Part shown: positions 63,602 to 64,000 of the stretch, piece by piece
Numbering within the stretch: position 1 is the first letter of the stretch
Layout: the number at the start of each line of letters is the position of its first letter
Virus record (IMG/VR): IMGVR_UViG_3300020577_004283
Location: 4,987 to 68,986 of that record
DNA length: 64,000 nt
Strand: one strand, 5' to 3'
Source of the DNA: a virus
Lineage: Duplodnaviria > Caudoviricetes
Program-made: the position numbers and the translations under genes
The notes under the pieces: model-generated
Told to the model about the DNA's origin: nothing
Seen by the model: only the letters and a program-made list of their open reading frames with translations
Database searches by the model: none

Positions 63602-64000
63602 CTACACAAACATCTCTTGCTCAACCCGCCGCTCGGTCTCGATCAGCATTGAGGTGTTCTCGGTCCAGCCCCGGTATTGCGCCATCACGGCGGCAATCCG
63701 TTCCTCGCAGGCCGTCGCAGCTTCCACGATGGCGGCTTGGATCTTGTCGTCTGGGTAGACACGCAATACAAACATCGGCAGCCCGCCCGAATAGCTGATG
63801 AAGTCGCACCACTTCCGCTCAGTCACGAGTAACGCCGTCTGGACCTGAATGACGTGCTCGGCTGGCACTTCTTGCTTGGCGATAGTCTCGATCTGGAACT
63901 TCTGCCGGCGCGACTTGCATTCGATCATGCCGTCATCGCCGACCAGGCCATCCGGTGAACAACCAAGCGTGAAGCCCCATCGGTCATTCGTGATGAACCC
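63602..64000 (-). CDS. YqaJ / lambda-exonuclease-like recombinase, 5' end outside the window
   Basis: GCSPDGLVGDDGMIECKSR...Q.Q..LLV.ERKWCDFISY. Confidence 0.88.
   Translation of the reverse strand, partial: GFITNDRWGFTLGCSPDGLVGDDGMIECKSRRQKFQIETIAKQEVPAEHVIQVQTALLVTERKWCDFISYSGGLPMFVLRVYPDDKIQAAIVEAATACEERIAAVMAQYRGWTENTSMLIETERRVEQEMFV

Noticed and set aside
1-64000. Prophage/integrase, tRNA genes, IS elements
   Set aside because: No recombinase, repressor, transposase, host genes or cloverleaf-like sequence recognised by eye; a tRNAscan run would be needed to be certain

Overview
The window is about 64 kb of a double-stranded DNA tailed phage genome. The host is probably alphaproteobacterial, inferred from promoter shape and a GcrA-like Zn finger. 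I found no integrase, tRNA or CRISPR array. The + strand (about 1-33.6 kb) carries a myovirus-type morphogenesis operon: TerS, TerL, DUF1073-type portal, MuF/gp7, DUF2213 protease-scaffold, decoration protein, DUF2184-type major capsid, neck, DUF3383-type sheath, tube, chaperones, tape measure with a lysozyme domain, baseplate, fibres, and membrane/holin-like genes. The - strand (33.7-64 kb) carries SNF2 and SF1 helicases, an AEP-type primase, a family A DNA polymerase, a DEDDh exonuclease, a nucleotide-modification cluster and many small early genes behind a conserved promoter family. The leading candidates for new biology are: (1) a thymidine-replacement/hypermodification cluster pairing a dUMP-type thymidylate synthase homologue and an aGPT-Pplase1/HMUDK-helical protein with a TAGT/GREB1(JGT)-like glycosyltransferase, possibly giving a base-J-like glycosylated hmU; (2) head proteins built as polyproteins, with cargo domains bracketed by recurrent A-[MQH]-D sites and two cargos starting with the same FDESK motif; (3) a run of fibre-region genes with Sec-like signal peptides; (4) a phage PEP-CTERM protein; (5) dispersed non-coding repeat families. 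All family assignments come from motif recognition by eye; no database searches were run.
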